From IMG/VR virus record IMGVR_UViG_3300037092_000074: 64,000 nucleotides of DNA, one strand, 5' to 3'. Source of the DNA: an uncultured virus (IMG/VR IMGVR_UViG_3300037092_000074). Its lineage: Duplodnaviria > Heunggongvirae > Uroviricota > Caudoviricetes. The notes under the pieces are model-generated. The model saw only the letters and a program-made list of their open reading frames with translations, ran no database searches and had not been told where the DNA came from. The position numbers and the translations under genes were made by a program. Of this stretch, positions 63,389-64,000 are shown in pieces. Positions within the stretch are counted from its first letter, which is position 1. Each line of letters opens with the position of its first letter.

Positions 63389-63766
63389 TCATTTTTCTTC
63401 TCCTTGTCCATTATCCGGACTTCCGTCCGGCTGTTCAACTGCGGTTTCGCTCCGGGGAGGCTCTTCCATCCACGATCCTGACCTTGGTGGAACCGCCCAG
63501 GTACTAAGAGCTTCTTCCGCTGATTTCACGGGAAGCTCGATCACTTGTTTCTGCTTTGCTTCGTACCCAGGGGGAAGAAAGTATTCAGCCGCGTGTAGCT
63601 GACAACAGAAAGCCTTCTGAACCCCGTTGTGGGTAATTAGAACCAGGTACAAGGTTTCTTCCGGAGCCTGCTCCCGGCCCGCCCCTACTTCGGTTTCATT
63701 CCAAGAAAGCACGGATGCGCACCCCTTGAGATCGCACGAAACTGTTATTGTTTTGGATACTCCCAC
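63389..63766 (-). CDS. hypothetical protein
   Basis: GAGGAG SD, GTG start; CD..GC and FCC..H. Confidence 0.6.
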   Translation of the reverse strand: MGVSKTITVSCDLKGCASVLSWNETEVGAGREQAPEETLYLVLITHNGVQKAFCCQLHAAEYFLPPGYEAKQKQVIELPVKSAEEALSTWAVPPRSGSWMEEPPRSETAVEQPDGSPDNGQGEEK

Positions 63767-64000
63767 GTTACTCCTCTCCGAAGTGAGCCTTCAGTTTCTG
63801 AATAGCGGACCTGCTCCGCCGAGTTATTGTTGATAAATGAACCCCCAGAACATCCGCAACCTCTTGCTGTGTTTTGTCCTCAAGGAGCAGTTGAACTGTT
63901 TGCCTCTCTTTTTCCGATAGCTTGGAAACCGCTTCTTCCAAGTCCAAGGACGAAATCTGGAAATCTGGAGCCGGGGAAGGAGCAGCAACTTTGGCTGCCC

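Larger units (their letters stand above)
310..63420. repeat. Dispersed 15-bp quasi-palindromic motif GTCCRGNTAATGGAC (reverse complement GTCCATTANCYGGAC), about 41 copies
   Basis: Copies read by eye start at 310, 494, 1636, 2273, 4500(14-nt variant), 5901, 7269, 8179, 9301, 12063, 13682, 14861(16-nt variant), 16750, 20161, 22335, 23195, 26402, 26997, 28202, 30153, 31124, 33730, 37387, 38512, 42064, 43332(var), 47342, 48638, 50645, 51749, 52106, 54080(var), 54866(var), 56772, 57165, 57387, 59173, 60042, 62157, 62691(var), 63406. About 20 are the exact GTCCGGATAATGGAC on either strand. Confidence 0.95.

Noticed and set aside
310..63420. 15-bp repeats as a CRISPR array
   Set aside because: Too short, irregularly spaced hundreds to thousands of bases apart, in both orientations and inside genes; no cas genes.

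Overview
This window is 64 kb of a dsDNA tailed-phage genome. The morphogenesis order suggests a podovirus: terminase, portal, scaffold, major capsid, adaptors, nozzle-like protein and ejection proteins, with no tape measure, tube or sheath recognised. Layout: small minus-strand genes including a probable SAM lyase (1-2.1 kb); an AT-rich divergent non-coding region (2.6-3.1 kb); a 38-gene tRNA array covering all 20 amino acids, interleaved with homing endonucleases and unexplained structured RNAs (6.1-12.0 kb); a + strand structural block ending in a 3179-aa polyvalent protein (12-56.7 kb); and a convergent minus-strand block of nucleases and phosphoesterases (56.8-64 kb). The most striking unexplained signal is a 15-bp quasi-palindrome, GTCCRGNTAATGGAC, seen about 41 times by eye. 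It lies at gene junctions, over start and stop codons, and inside proteins in different frames. Other highlights are compensatory swaps of the tRNA G19-C56 elbow pair, frequent C33 anticodon loops, an 8/4 allo-tRNA-like Ser tRNA, a long-arm UAU tRNA, a circularly permuted Y-RNA-like element, a conserved GGAUU leader hairpin before three Shine-Dalgarno (SD) sites, and tailspike-like proteins with signal peptides. All product calls come from motif recognition by eye; no database search was run.
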